A DNA stretch of 64,000 bases from Escherichia coli 042 (lineage in GTDB: Bacteria > Pseudomonadota > Gammaproteobacteria > Enterobacterales > Enterobacteriaceae), in NCBI RefSeq assembly GCF_000027125.1, contig NC_017626.1, one strand, 5' to 3'. Position 1 is the first letter of the stretch. The number at the start of each line of letters is the position of its first letter. Position numbers and translations under genes: made by a program. The notes under the pieces are model-generated. The model was not told the DNA's origin. It searched no databases and was given only the letters and a program-made list of their open reading frames with translations. Below are positions 1 through 11,819 of this stretch, piece after piece.

Positions 1-1121
1 TCCCCAAGACCAGCAGCGATAGCGTCGCCGATTGCTTTCAGCGCCTGTTCAGCATCTGCACCCTGGGCGGTAAAGCGTAGGCGATGACCTTTCTTAACGC
101 CAAGTGCCACAACTTTCATCAGACTACGTCCGTTTGCCGGTTTGCCGGTGCCATCAAGGTTTGTCACGGTAATATCACTGTTAAATTGTTTAATGGTATT
201 GACCAGCATGGTACCTGGACGAGCATGCAGGCCGTGTTCATTGCGCACCACAAACTCCGCGCTTAACACGTCGTCGGTCGGCGCATCATCGCTGGTCAGC
301 AGCGCCAGCAACGTTGCCGCATCCGCTTTCAGCAAGCGGTCAGCTTTATTGTCGAGTAACAAATCAGCGAGGCGCTTTAGAACCGCAATGGGCTGATCGT
401 CATTCATCGCCACACTCACCAGCATGGCTGCCGTTTCGCCGTCCACATCAAAAGCATTTGCCGCACGGCTTACAGCAATCGCGCTACGCAGATTGCCTTC
501 GGCGCTATCGCTCAGCCAGATACCCTGTCCGAGGTTCAGCGGTTGTTCATTGATGGCTTTGGTGACGAAAGTGGCGTCAACTGCCCCCGCCTCTTTCAGA
601 CGCGCAGCGTTCAGCGCCTGAAGAGTCAGCAGATCGCTGGCGACGATATCCAGCGTCAGCATTTCGTTGTCGAGCTTCAGCTGCTCACTCTGCTTTTCGC
701 CCATCAGCAATGCGCGAAGTTCTTCTGCTGTTGTTGCTGACTTCAGTTGTTCAGCAACGGAATCATCGCTCAGTACGTGGGTCAGCTGGCGTAGCAGGCC
801 CAGATGTTCATCCGAGCTGGCAGCAATACCGATCGCCACGTACGCTACCTGGCCGTCACCCCAGGTGACGCCTTCCGGGAACTGAAATACCTGAACGCCG
901 GTTTTCAGCACCTGATCGCGGGTGTCGGTAGTGCCGTGTGGAATAGCAATACCATTGCCGAGGAACGTAGAGGTTTGCTGTTCACGCGCCAGCATGCCAT
1001 TGACGTAGCCTTCAGCTACATTACCGGCCTGCACCAGCGCCGCAGCGACCTGGCGAATCGCCTCTTCTTTGTCTCCGGCCTTTTCGCCCGGATGGATGTC
1101 CTGTACGGATAACTGGAACAT
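1..1121 (-). CDS. fruB: PTS fructose multiphosphoryl transfer protein FruB (HPr-like/IIA fusion); 3' end cut by window edge
   Basis: Minus-strand frame is open from the ATG (complement of 1119-1121) to the window edge. Reverse translation of the first bases gives ...[11 protein letters not shown], which matches the FruB C-terminus. Missing from the ORF track because no stop lies inside the window. Synteny with setB. Confidence 0.85.
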
Positions 1122-1140
1122 AGTTCTCCTCTCTTGCTAA

Positions 1141-1223
1141 ATTGAAACGATTCAGCTTCTATGAGAAAAAAAGCGCCAACCTGGCTTAGGGTTAAAGACA
1201 AGATCGCGCTGAAACGTTTCAAG
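1141..1223. promoter_or_regulatory. fruBKA promoter region with two Cra (FruR) operator-like sites
   Basis: attgaaacgattcagc at 1141-1156 (reverse complement gctgaatcgtttcaat) and gctgaaacgtttcaag at 1208-1223, both fitting the Cra half-palindrome TGAAWCGWTTCA, immediately upstream of the fruB start. Confidence 0.6.
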
Positions 1224-1488
1224 AAAGCATAATACTTCTGTTTCAGCACGCAAGGAAAGCCGTAAAGTTATGAGCAAAAGTTTGATGTGCTGCACAATTT
1301 TTTGTCATTTTTCCTAATTGCTGATGGGAAAATCCGTTATCAGCAATTTCATTTCAGCAGCGTCAGCAGCCAATCAGCAACAGTGAAATGGCATTTTGAT
1401 TATTCGTGGCGCTTTTGATTTCGCTGTCTGTTTATTTTCTGACAAGCAGCGTAAACTCCGCGTCTTCCTCTTCCAGTGATCGACCAGC

Positions 1489-2670
1489 ATGCATAACTCC
1501 CCCGCAGTCTCCAGCGCGAAATCGTTTGACCTGACCTCGACGGCGTTTTTAATCGTTGCCTTTCTCACCGGTATTGCGGGCGCTCTGCAAACCCCGACAC
1601 TCAGTATTTTTCTTACCGATGAAGTACATGCCCGTCCGGCGATGGTGGGATTCTTCTTTACTGGCAGCGCTGTCATTGGGATTCTGGTCAGTCAGTTTCT
1701 CGCCGGGCGCTCTGATAAGCGCGGCGATCGCAAATCGCTGATTGTCTTTTGCTGCCTGTTAGGCGTGCTGGCCTGCACCCTTTTTGCCTGGAATCGCAAC
1801 TACTTTGTTTTGCTACTCGTTGGCGTCTTTCTTAGCAGCTTTGGCTCGACCGCTAACCCGCAAATGTTTGCCCTTGCCCGTGAACATGCTGACAAAACCG
1901 GACGTGAAGCGGTGATGTTCAGCTCTTTTTTACGTGCTCAGGTTTCACTGGCATGGGTCATTGGCCCGCCGCTGGCTTATGCCTTAGCGATGGGTTTCAG
2001 CTTTACGGTAATGTATCTGAGCGCAGCGGTAGCGTTTATTGTTTGCGGCGTGATGGTGTGGCTGTTTTTACCGTCGATGCAAAAAGAGCTTCCGCTGGCG
2101 ACCGGCACGGTTGAAGCGCCGCGCCGTAACCGTCGCGATACGCTGCTGCTGTTTGTCATTTGTACATTGATGTGGGGCTCGAACAGCCTGTACATCATCA
2201 ACATGCCGCTATTTATTATCAACGAACTGCATCTTCCCGAGAAACTGGCCGGTGTGATGATGGGGACCGCCGCCGGGCTGGAAATCCCGACCATGTTGAT
2301 TGCCGGATATTTCGCCAAACGTCTGGGTAAGCGCTTCTTAATGCGCGTTGCCGCCGTGGGTGGCGTCTGTTTTTACGCAGGAATGCTGATGGCGCATTCA
2401 CCTGTCATTCTGTTGGGCTTGCAGCTGCTAAATGCTATTTTTATTGGCATTCTGGGCGGCATCGGGATGCTCTATTTTCAGGATCTGATGCCCGGTCAGG
2501 CAGGTTCAGCCACCACGCTCTATACCAACACTTCGCGCGTGGGCTGGATCATCGCAGGATCAGTGGCGGGCATCGTCGCCGAGATCTGGAATTATCACGC
2601 TGTGTTCTGGTTTGCGATGGTGATGATTATCGCCACTCTGTTTTGCTTACTGCGGATTAAAGATGTTTAA
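1489..2670 (+). CDS. setB: sugar efflux MFS transporter SetB
   Basis: 393-aa ORF, multi-helix hydrophobic profile, N-terminus [25 protein letters not shown]..., divergent from fruB as in K-12. Confidence 0.9.
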
Positions 2671-2921
2671 GGCGCGGTCAGCATTTCCAGATCGATAAGC
2701 CAGGTCATTGCCTGCTGACGCGAGTTACCGCACATTTCAGCGCTGGCTTGTAAGCCCGCACAAACTTTCGGTCGCAGTGGCGAGGTGAAAATTTTACAGC
2801 GTTGCTGTTCATCAAGCTGAATGCAGGGCGTATTGGCGGGCTTGCCATCTGGCATACCGGGAATAGGGCTGGAAATTGAAGGGGCAGTGCAACACGCCCC
2901 GCAACCCGGACGGCATTCCAT
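2667..2921 (-). CDS. yeiW: UPF0153 cysteine-cluster protein YeiW
   Basis: 84-aa product from the internal start [28 protein letters not shown]... of the 128-aa track ORF 2667-3053; Cys-rich; position between setB and yeiP. Confidence 0.7.
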
Positions 2922-3075
2922 ACGTTGTTCTCTTAAGGTTAACCACCGGATTGATGAGCGCGCACAGTACCACCTTTTTTGCACCAGCAAAAGTGCGAAT
3001 ACCACTTGCCCGAAAGGCCCGTCGCGAGTACTTTGTCGCGATATTTTTGACATTTTCGACTACAGGAATTTTTCG

Positions 3076-3648
3076 ATGCCAAGAGCGAACGAAATTAAAA
3101 AAGGTATGGTACTGAATTACAACGGCAAACTGCTGCTGGTTAAGGACATTGATATTCAGTCGCCCACTGCCCGCGGTGCCGCTACGCTGTACAAAATGCG
3201 TTTTTCTGATGTCCGTACCGGGCTGAAAGTAGAAGAGCGTTTCAAAGGTGATGATATCGTTGACACCGTGACGCTGACCCGCCGTTACGTTGACTTCTCC
3301 TATGTCGATGGCAACGAATATGTCTTTATGGATAAAGAAGACTATACCCCGTATACCTTCACCAAAGATCAGATTGAAGAAGAGTTGCTGTTTATGCCTG
3401 AGGGCGGCATGCCGGACATGCAGGTGCTGACCTGGGACGGTCAACTGCTGGCGCTTGAGCTGCCGCAGACCGTTGATCTGGAAATCGTTGAAACCGCACC
3501 AGGCATCAAAGGGGCATCTGCCAGCGCCCGTAACAAACCGGCGACATTGAGCACTGGTCTGGTGATTCAGGTACCAGAATACTTAAGCCCGGGAGAAAAA
3601 ATTCGTATCCATATCGAAGAACGCCGTTATATGGGTCGTGCTGACTAA
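3076..3648 (+). CDS. yeiP: elongation factor P-like protein YeiP
   Basis: 190-aa product starting [22 protein letters not shown]... at the ATG at 3076; the track ORF from 2821 is an upstream extension overlapping yeiW. Confidence 0.9.
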
Positions 3649-3668
3649 CTTCAGCCGCATGCAGAAAA

Positions 3669-3694
3669 GGGATAGCTCAGGCTGTCCCTTTTTT
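3669..3694 (+). terminator. rho-independent terminator after yeiP
   Basis: Hairpin gggatagc/gctgtccc (one G-U pair) followed by a T6 run. Confidence 0.6.
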
Positions 3695-3870
3695 AATTTA
3701 TTATACCAATCTTCTATTTTGCGCTTCCTGAATATAGTTCTCCCGTAATATTCACCAGTTCATTGATCGCCCTCACACTTCATCGCATTAACAATCCAGA
3801 CCAATTTCAATTGCTGTCATATAACTTTACACTGTCATTGTTAATCAATCGTTACTAAGACGTGACTCCT

Positions 3871-5337
3871 ATGAATACAATCGCCTCCGCTACGCTCCCG
3901 CATCATGTACACGCTCCACGCTACGATCGCCAGCAGTTGCAATCACGTATCGTTCATTTTGGCTTTGGAGCCTTTCACCGCGCTCATCAGGCGTTACTGA
4001 CCGATCGTGTGTTGAATGCCCAGGGCGGCGACTGGGGGATCTGTGAGATCAGCTTGTTCAGCGGCGATCAACTGATGAGCCAGCTCCGCGCACAGAACCA
4101 TTTATATACCGTGCTGGAGAAAGGTGCGGACGGCAATCAGGCGATAATTGTCGGTGCCGTTCACGAATGCCTGAATGCAAAACTGGATTCCTTAGCGGCA
4201 ATTATTGAGAAATTTTGCGAGCCACAGGTGGCAATTGTTTCCCTGACGATTACCGAAAAAGGCTATTGTATTGACCCGGCCACCGGTGCACTCGACACCA
4301 GCAATCTGCGGATTATTCACGATCTACAAACCCCTGAAGAACCTCACTCCGCACCGGGTATTCTCGTCGAAGCACTGAAACGCCGCCGTGAGCGCGGCCT
4401 TACACCGTTCACCGTGCTCTCCTGCGACAATATTCCCGACAATGGCCATGTGGTGAAAAACGCGGTGCTGGGAATGGCAGAAAAACGTTCGCCAGAACTC
4501 GCCGGGTGGATAAAAGAGCACGTCAGTTTTCCGGGAACTATGGTCGACCGTATTGTTCCGGCAGCAACCGACGAATCACTGGCGGAAATCAGCCAGCATC
4601 TGGGGGTGAATGATCCCTGCGCGATTAGCTGCGAACCGTTTATCCAGTGGGTGGTGGAAGATAACTTCGTCGCTGGGCGTCCTGCCTGGGAAGTCGCAGG
4701 TGTACAAATGGTGAATGATGTCCTGCCATGGGAAGAGATGAAACTGCGGATGCTTAATGGCAGCCACTCTTTTCTCGCTTATCTGGGTTACCTCTCAGGA
4801 TTCGCGCACATCAGTGATTGCATGCAGGATCGCGCATTTCGCCATGCCGCCAGAGCATTAATGCTGGATGAACAAGCGCCGACACTGCGAATTAAAGATG
4901 TCGATTTAACACAATATGCGGATAAGTTAATTGCACGTTTTGCTAACCCGGCGCTGAAACATAAGACCTGGCAAATCGCAATGGATGGTAGCCAGAAATT
5001 ACCGCAACGCATGCTGGCAGGTATTCGCATACATCTGGGGCGCGAAACGGACTGGTCGATGCTGGCATTAGGCGTTGCAGGCTGGATGCGTTACGTCAGC
5101 GGCGTTGATGATGCCGGAAATGCCATTGATGTTCGCGATCCGCTTAGCGATAAAATTCGCGAACTTGTTGCGGGCAGCAGCAGTGAACAACGCGTCACCG
5201 CCCTGCTTTCTCTGCGTGAAGTTTTCGGTGATGATCTGCCAGATAACCCGCATTTTGTGCAGGCCATCGAACAAGCCTGGCAACAAATCGTACAATTCGG
5301 CGCACATCAGGCGCTATTAAACACCCTCAAAATTTAA
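3871..5337 (+). CDS. yeiQ: mannitol-dehydrogenase-family oxidoreductase YeiQ
   Basis: 488 aa from the ATG at 3871 (track ORF starts at a GTG at 3862); sequence MNTIASATLPHHVHAPRYDRQQLQSRIVHFGFGAFHRAHQ... with a Rossmann-like GFGAFHRAH motif. Confidence 0.9.
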   Translation: MNTIASATLPHHVHAPRYDRQQLQSRIVHFGFGAFHRAHQALLTDRVLNAQGGDWGICEISLFSGDQLMSQLRAQNHLYTVLEKGADGNQAIIVGAVHECLNAKLDSLAAIIEKFCEPQVAIVSLTITEKGYCIDPATGALDTSNLRIIHDLQTPEEPHSAPGILVEALKRRRERGLTPFTVLSCDNIPDNGHVVKNAVLGMAEKRSPELAGWIKEHVSFPGTMVDRIVPAATDESLAEISQHLGVNDPCAISCEPFIQWVVEDNFVAGRPAWEVAGVQMVNDVLPWEEMKLRMLNGSHSFLAYLGYLSGFAHISDCMQDRAFRHAARALMLDEQAPTLRIKDVDLTQYADKLIARFANPALKHKTWQIAMDGSQKLPQRMLAGIRIHLGRETDWSMLALGVAGWMRYVSGVDDAGNAIDVRDPLSDKIRELVAGSSSEQRVTALLSLREVFGDDLPDNPHFVQAIEQAWQQIVQFGAHQALLNTLKI

Positions 5338-5454
5338 CGATTTCTGCGGTTAAAGCGGATGAAGCTCGCCTTCGTCCGCTCTCCCCTTCTCTTTTCTGCC
5401 TTTTTTAGCCAGGATTAACGCTCAGTTAACTTACCAGAGTATTGCGGAGCCGTT

Positions 5455-6441
5455 GTGACCAGGACCAACCTCATCACCGGTTTTCTCGGCAGCGGGAAAA
5501 CCACGTCGATTCTTCATCTGTTAGCCCATAAAGATCCCAACGAAAAATGGGCGGTACTGGTTAATGAATTTGGGGAAGTCGGAATTGATGGTGCTTTGCT
5601 CGCCGATAGCGGCGCATTGCTGAAAGAGATCCCCGGCGGCTGCATGTGCTGCGTTAATGGTTTACCCATGCAGGTAGGGTTGAATACCTTACTGCGTCAG
5701 GGAAAACCAGACCGCTTGTTGATAGAACCGACCGGGCTGGGTCATCCGAAACAGATCCTCGATCTCTTAACCGCGCCAGTCTATGAACCGTGGATAGATC
5801 TGCGCGCCACCTTGTGCATTCTCGATCCACGCCTGCTGCTGGACGAAAAAAGCGCCAGCAATGAAAACTTCCGTGACCAGCTGGCTGCCGCAGACATTAT
5901 TGTCGCCAATAAATCCGACCGTGCGACGCCCGAAAGTGAGCAAGCGCTACAGCGCTGGTGGCAGCAAAATGGTGGCGATCGACAATTAATTCACAGTGAG
6001 CATGGGAAAGTTGACGGTCATCTTCTGGATTTGCCGCGTCGCAATTTAGCCGAGTTGCCCGCCAGCGCCGCGCATTCTCATCAGCATGGCGTGAAAAAAG
6101 GGTTAGCAGCGTTAAGCCTGCCAGAGCATCAACGCTGGCGTCGCAGTCTGAACAGCGGGCAAGGATATCAGGCCTGCGGCTGGATATTCGACGCTGATAC
6201 GGTATTCGACACCATTGGCATTCTGGAATGGGCGCGACTTGCACCGGTAGAACGCGTCAAAGGCGTGCTGCGTATTCCCGAAGGGCTGGTGCGAATCAAC
6301 CGTCAGGGCGATGACCTGCACATTGAAACGCAAAACATTGCGCCACCGGACAGCCGTATTGAGCTGATTTCCAGCAGCGAAGCTGACTGGAATGCCTTGC
6401 AGAGCGCGCTGTTGAAGCTTCGTTTAGCGACTACCGCGTAA
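5455..6441 (+). CDS. yeiR: COG0523-family zinc-binding GTPase YeiR
   Basis: 328 aa, GTG start, P-loop GFLGSGKTT near the N-terminus and a CxCC metal motif (GGCMCCVNG). Confidence 0.9.
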   Translation: MTRTNLITGFLGSGKTTSILHLLAHKDPNEKWAVLVNEFGEVGIDGALLADSGALLKEIPGGCMCCVNGLPMQVGLNTLLRQGKPDRLLIEPTGLGHPKQILDLLTAPVYEPWIDLRATLCILDPRLLLDEKSASNENFRDQLAAADIIVANKSDRATPESEQALQRWWQQNGGDRQLIHSEHGKVDGHLLDLPRRNLAELPASAAHSHQHGVKKGLAALSLPEHQRWRRSLNSGQGYQACGWIFDADTVFDTIGILEWARLAPVERVKGVLRIPEGLVRINRQGDDLHIETQNIAPPDSRIELISSSEADWNALQSALLKLRLATTA

Positions 6442-6479
6442 GGTTGCCTGCGTTTTTCAGTAAGATAATTAGAGAAAAT

Positions 6480-7193
6480 ATGATTAAAAATTTGCCGCAA
6501 ATAGTGTTGTTGAATATTGTCGGCCTCGCGCTGTTTCTTTCCTGGTATATTCCCGTTAATCATGGATTCTGGTTGCCGATTGATGCGGATATTTTTTATT
6601 TCTTTAATCAGAAACTGGTCGAAAGTAAGGCCTTTTTGTGGCTGGTTGCATTGACCAACAATCGCGCTTTCGACGGTTGTTCACTGCTGGCGATGGGAAT
6701 GTTGATGCTGAGTTTCTGGCTGAAAGAAAACGCCCCTGGCAGACGACGTATCGTGATTATTGGTCTGGTCATGCTATTAACTGCAGTGGTATTAAACCAG
6801 CTGGGTCAGGCATTAATTCCTGTAAAACGGGCCAGCCCAACATTGACTTTTACCGATATTAACCGCGTCAGCGAACTGCTCTCTGTCCCCACGAAAGATG
6901 CCTCACGAGATAGCTTTCCCGGCGATCATGGTATGATGCTGCTTATTTTTTCGGCATTCATGTGGCGTTATTTCGGCAAAGTTGCAGGCCTTATCGCCCT
7001 TATTATTTTTGTGGTTTTTGCGTTTCCCAGAGTAATGATTGGCGCACACTGGTTTACTGACATCATTGTCGGTTCGATGACCGTGATATTGATCGGTTTG
7101 CCCTGGGTGTTGCTGACGCCATTAAGTGATCGATTAATCACCTTTTTTGACAAATCACTACCGGGAAAAAACAAACATTTCCAAAACAAATAA
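6480..7193 (+). CDS. lpxT: lipid A 1-diphosphate synthase / undecaprenyl-pyrophosphate phosphatase LpxT (YeiU)
   Basis: 237 aa from the internal ATG, MIKNLPQIVLLNIVGLALFLSWYIPVNHGFW...; PAP2-type membrane protein; synteny. Confidence 0.88.
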   Translation: MIKNLPQIVLLNIVGLALFLSWYIPVNHGFWLPIDADIFYFFNQKLVESKAFLWLVALTNNRAFDGCSLLAMGMLMLSFWLKENAPGRRRIVIIGLVMLLTAVVLNQLGQALIPVKRASPTLTFTDINRVSELLSVPTKDASRDSFPGDHGMMLLIFSAFMWRYFGKVAGLIALIIFVVFAFPRVMIGAHWFTDIIVGSMTVILIGLPWVLLTPLSDRLITFFDKSLPGKNKHFQNK

Positions 7194-7604
7194 CTCACAG
7201 TAATTAACATCATCAGGGTTATTTTTATAGTGAGGATAATCCTGATGATGCGCACCGTGCTTTCATCTATCGAACGCAAAAATCATTCTCTAAGTAAATG
7301 AATGGATTGCATGCGCTTCACTCAATCGTACTTTAATTGACCAATCCCGCTTATTAACTTTCTGTATCACTTTTTCTTATAAAAAATCATGTAAAACCGC
7401 TCGCCAAGACCGCACCAATCGGGTAATCTCGAACTCGTTTTGCCTCGGCGGTAGATTATCCTCACAGCATATAATTTTGTGCGTTAGTCCACAGATTTGG
7501 CCTTAAGGAATTGTTTCAACATGCCCAGGTAATTAGTCTCGTGTCGCTTGGCATTTTTTTATAACGATATTTGTCGTTAAGGACTTCAAGGGAAAACAAA
7601 CAAC

Positions 7605-8171
7605 ATGGTCAAATCTCAACCGATTTTGAGATATATCTTGCGCGGGATCCCCGCGATTGCAGTAGCGGTTCTGCTTTCTGCATGTAGTGCAAATAACACC
7701 GCAAAGAATATGCATCCTGAGACACGTGCAGTGGGTAGTGAAACATCATCACTGCAAGCTTCTCAGGATGAATTTGAAAACCTGGTTCGTAATGTCGACG
7801 TAAAATCGCGAATTATGGATCAGTATGCTGACTGGAAAGGCGTACGCTATCGTCTGGGCGGCAGCACTAAAAAAGGTATCGATTGTTCTGGTTTTGTACA
7901 GCGTACATTCCGTGAGCAATTTGGCTTAGAACTTCCGCGTTCGACTTACGAACAGCAGGAAATGGGTAAATCTGTTTCCCGCAGTAATTTGCGTACGGGT
8001 GATTTAGTTCTGTTCCGTGCCGGTTCAACGGGACGCCATGTCGGTATTTATATCGGCAACAATCAGTTTGTCCATGCTTCCACCAGCAGTGGTGTTATTA
8101 TTTCCAGCATGAATGAACCGTACTGGAAGAAGCGTTACAACGAAGCACGCCGGGTTCTCAGCCGCAGCTAA
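7605..8171 (+). CDS. mepS: NlpC/P60 peptidoglycan DD-endopeptidase lipoprotein MepS (Spr)
   Basis: 188 aa, lipoprotein signal ending LLSACS, catalytic-Cys region GIDCSGFVQ. Confidence 0.92.
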
Positions 8172-8215
8172 TAAACCGTTTGGATGCAATCCCTTGGCTA
8201 TCCTGACGAGTTAAC

Positions 8216-8246
8216 TGAAAGCACTGCTTAGGCAGTGCTTTTTTGT
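8216..8246 (+). terminator. rho-independent terminator after mepS
   Basis: Hairpin aagcactgc/gcagtgctt followed by TTTTTTGTTTT. Confidence 0.65.
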
Positions 8247-8351
8247 TTTCATTCATCAGAGAAAATGATGTTTCCGCGTCTTGATCCAGGCTATAGTCCG
8301 GTCATTGTTATCTTTTAAATGTTATCGTAATTTCAGGAAATTAACGGAATC

Positions 8352-9908
8352 ATGTTCATACGCGCTCCCAATTCTGGACGTAAGCTCCTGCTTACCTGCA
8401 TTGTTGCAGGCGTGATGATTGCGATACTGGTGAGCTGCCTTCAGTTTTTAGTGGCCTGGCATAAGCACGAAGTCAAATACGACACACTGATTACCGACGT
8501 ACAAAAGTATCTCGATACCTATTTTGCCGACCTGAAATCCACTACTGACCGGCTCCAGCCGCTGACCTTAGATACCTGCCAGCAGGCTAACCCCGAACTG
8601 ACTGCCCGCGCGGCGTTTAGCATGAATGTCCGTACGTTTGTGCTGGTAAAAGATAAAAAAACATTCTGTTCATCTGCGACTGGTGAGATGGACATTCCAC
8701 TCAATGAATTGATTCCGGCGCTCGACATTAATAAAAACGTCGATATGGCGATCTTACCCGGCACGCCGATGGTGCCGAACAAACCCGCAATCGTCATTTG
8801 GTATCGCAACCCGTTGTTGAAAAATAGTGGCGTGTTTGCCGCGCTGAATCTCAATCTGACACCTTCACTCTTCTATAGCTCACGGCAGGAAGATTACGAT
8901 GGTGTCGCCCTCATTATTGGTAATACTGCGCTATCTACCTTTTCTTCACGTTTGATGAACGTTAATGAATTAACCGACATGCCGGTCCGTGAAACTAAAA
9001 TTGCGGGCATTCCTCTGACCGTTCGGCTTTATGCGGATGACTGGACATGGAACGATGTGTGGTACGCATTTTTACTGGGCGGCATGAGTGGAACTGTCGT
9101 TGGCCTGCTTTGCTATTACCTGATGAGCGTACGTATGCGCCCCGGCAGAGAAATCATGACCGCCATCAAGCGCGAACAATTTTACGTGGCGTATCAACCG
9201 GTGGTGGATACACAAGCTTTGCGGGTAACGGGCCTGGAAGTACTGCTACGCTGGCGGCATCCTGTAGCGGGAGAAATTCCCCCGGATGCCTTCATTAACT
9301 TTGCCGAATCGCAAAAGATGATTGTGCCGCTGACTCAGCACCTGTTTGAGTTAATTGCCCGCGATGCCGCAGAATTAGAAAAAGTACTGCCGGTAGGCGT
9401 CAAATTTGGCATTAACATTGCGCCGGACCATCTGCACAGCGAAAGCTTTAAAGCAGATATCCAGAAACTGCTCACTTCCCTGTCCGCACACCATTTCCAG
9501 ATTGTGCTGGAAATTACCGAGCGCGATATGCTGAAAGAGCAAGAAGCCACGCAACTCTTTGCCTGGCTACACTCGGTCGGCGTAGAAATTGCTATTGATG
9601 ACTTCGGTACCGGGCACAGCGCGCTTATCTACCTTGAGCGTTTTACGCTCGATTATCTGAAAATTGACCGTGGATTTATCAACGCCATCGGTACGGAAAC
9701 GATCACTTCACCCGTACTTGACGCGGTGCTGACGCTGGCGAAACGTCTCAATATGCTGACGGTTGCTGAAGGGGTCGAAACGCCGGAACAGGCGCGATGG
9801 CTAAGCGAACGCGGCGTTAATTTCATGCAAGGCTACTGGATTAGTCGCCCGTTACCGCTGGACGATTTTGTCCGCTGGCTGAAGAAACCGTATACGCCGC
9901 AGTGGTAA
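8352..9908 (+). CDS. pdeN: membrane EAL-domain c-di-GMP phosphodiesterase Rtn (PdeN)
   Basis: 518 aa, N-terminal TM segment, C-terminal EAL-type region (...QIVLEITERDML... IAIDDFGTGHSAL...). Confidence 0.9.
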   Translation: MFIRAPNSGRKLLLTCIVAGVMIAILVSCLQFLVAWHKHEVKYDTLITDVQKYLDTYFADLKSTTDRLQPLTLDTCQQANPELTARAAFSMNVRTFVLVKDKKTFCSSATGEMDIPLNELIPALDINKNVDMAILPGTPMVPNKPAIVIWYRNPLLKNSGVFAALNLNLTPSLFYSSRQEDYDGVALIIGNTALSTFSSRLMNVNELTDMPVRETKIAGIPLTVRLYADDWTWNDVWYAFLLGGMSGTVVGLLCYYLMSVRMRPGREIMTAIKREQFYVAYQPVVDTQALRVTGLEVLLRWRHPVAGEIPPDAFINFAESQKMIVPLTQHLFELIARDAAELEKVLPVGVKFGINIAPDHLHSESFKADIQKLLTSLSAHHFQIVLEITERDMLKEQEATQLFAWLHSVGVEIAIDDFGTGHSALIYLERFTLDYLKIDRGFINAIGTETITSPVLDAVLTLAKRLNMLTVAEGVETPEQARWLSERGVNFMQGYWISRPLPLDDFVRWLKKPYTPQW

Positions 9909-9989
9909 GGTGTGCTTACGTCCCTTATTATTCATAGTGAAAGCATGCCGGATTGCGGCTAATGATGAGTAAAAGGAAATCCGTTGCAG

Positions 9990-11819
9990 ATGATTGTGCG
10001 CATACTGCTGCTGTTTATCGCTCTGTTCACCTTTGGTGCGCAGGCGCAGGCTATCAAGGAAAGCTATGCCTTTGCCGTGCTGGGCGAACCCCGGTACGCG
10101 TTTAATTTCAACCATTTTGATTATGTGAACCCCGCCGCGCCAAAAGGGGGGCAGATAACGTTGTCAGCCCTCGGCACCTTCGATAATTTCAACCGCTATG
10201 CACTGCGCGGCAACCCGGGCGCACGCACCGAGCAGTTGTACGACACGCTATTTACGACTTCCGATGACGAGCCAGGCAGTTATTACCCGCTGATTGCCGA
10301 AAGCGCACGCTATGCTGACGATTATTCCTGGGTGGAGGTCGCTATTAATCCGCGCGCCCGTTTTCATGATGGTTCGCCCATTACTGCCCGCGATGTAGAG
10401 TTTACTTTTCAAAAATTTATGACCGAAGGCGTGCCGCAATTTCGTCTGGTCTACAAAGGCACCACCGTCAAAGCCATTGCACCATTAACCGTGCGTATTG
10501 AGTTAGCGAAACCCGGCAAAGAAGATATGCTGAGCCTGTTTTCGCTGCCGGTCTTTCCAGAAAAGTACTGGAAGGATCACAAACTTAGCGACCCGCTCGC
10601 CACGCCTCCGCTTGCCAGTGGTCCGTACCGAATTACGTCCTGGAAAATGGGGCAAAATATTGTCTATTCCCGCGTGAAAGATTACTGGGCAGCAAACTTA
10701 CCGGTAAACCGTGGACGCTGGAATTTCGACACCATTCGCTACGATTATTACCTCGATGATAATGTCGCCTTTGAAGCGTTTAAAGCCGGTGCCTTTGATT
10801 TGCGTATGGAAAACGACGCCAAAAACTGGGCCACGCGCTATACCGGTAAAAATTTCGATAAAAAATACATCATCAAAGATGAGCAAAAGAACGAATCAGC
10901 CCAGGATACGCGCTGGCTGGCGTTTAATATCCAACGTCCGGTATTCAGCGATCGCCGGGTGCGGGAAGCAATCACTCTCGCCTTTGACTTTGAATGGATG
11001 AACAAGGCGTTGTTTTACAATGCCTGGAGTCGCACGAACAGTTATTTTCAGAATACCGAATATGCGGCCAGAAATTACCCCGACGCCGCGGAGCTGGTGC
11101 TTCTGGCACCAATGAAAAAAGATCTACCGCCAGAAGTCTTCACGCAAATCTACCAGCCGCCGGTATCCAAAGGCGATGGTTACGATCGTGACAACCTGTT
11201 AAAAGCCGACAAACTTCTCAACGAAGCGGGCTGGGTGCTGAAGGGTCAGCAACGCGTAAATGCCACAACGGGTCAGCCGCTCAGCTTTGAGTTATTGCTA
11301 CCTTCGAGCAGCAATAGTCAGTGGGTATTACCGTTCCAGCACAGCCTGCAACGGCTGGGTATCAACATGGACATTCGCAAGGTGGATAACTCGCAAATCA
11401 CCAACCGCATGCGCAGTCGCGACTATGACATGATGCCGCGCGTATGGCGGGCGATGCCGTGGCCCAGTTCCGATTTACAGATTTCCTGGTCATCGGAATA
11501 TATCAACTCCACTTATAATGCCCCCGGCGTGCAAAGTGCGGTTATCGACTCGCTGATCAACCAAATTATTGCCGCGCAGGGAAATAAAGAAAAATTACTG
11601 CCGTTGGGGCGAGCACTGGATCGCGTATTAACGTGGAATTATTACATGCTGCCAATGTGGTATATGGCGGAAGACCGTCTCGCCTGGTGGGATAAATTCT
11701 CTCAACCCGCAGTGCGCCCTGTTTACAGCCTGGGTATCGATACCTGGTGGTATGACGTTAATAAAGCGGCCAAACTGCCTCAGCCAGACAACAGGGAGAA
11801 TAGATGGGCGCTTATCTGA
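9990..11819 (+). CDS. yejA: ABC transporter periplasmic substrate-binding protein YejA (microcin C / oligopeptide family)
   Basis: About 609 aa from the ATG at 9990 (track ORF starts at a TTG at 9984); signal peptide [21 protein letters not shown]; first gene of the yejABEF operon. Exact start is ambiguous. Confidence 0.88.

Noticed and set aside
84-1112. Several plus-strand ORFs of 60-102 aa inside the fruB region
   Set aside because: They are antisense to the FruB frame, which is recognisable by its C-terminus and start codon, and they overlap one another. Judged to be spurious antisense ORFs.
2821-3075. Upstream extension of the yeiP ORF (275-aa version) and the minus-strand 210-aa ORF 2812-3444
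   Set aside because: The extension overlaps yeiW and its N-terminal part is Cys/Pro-rich junk. YeiP starts at the conserved [10 protein letters not shown] with its own start codon at 3076. The minus-strand ORF is antisense to yeiP.
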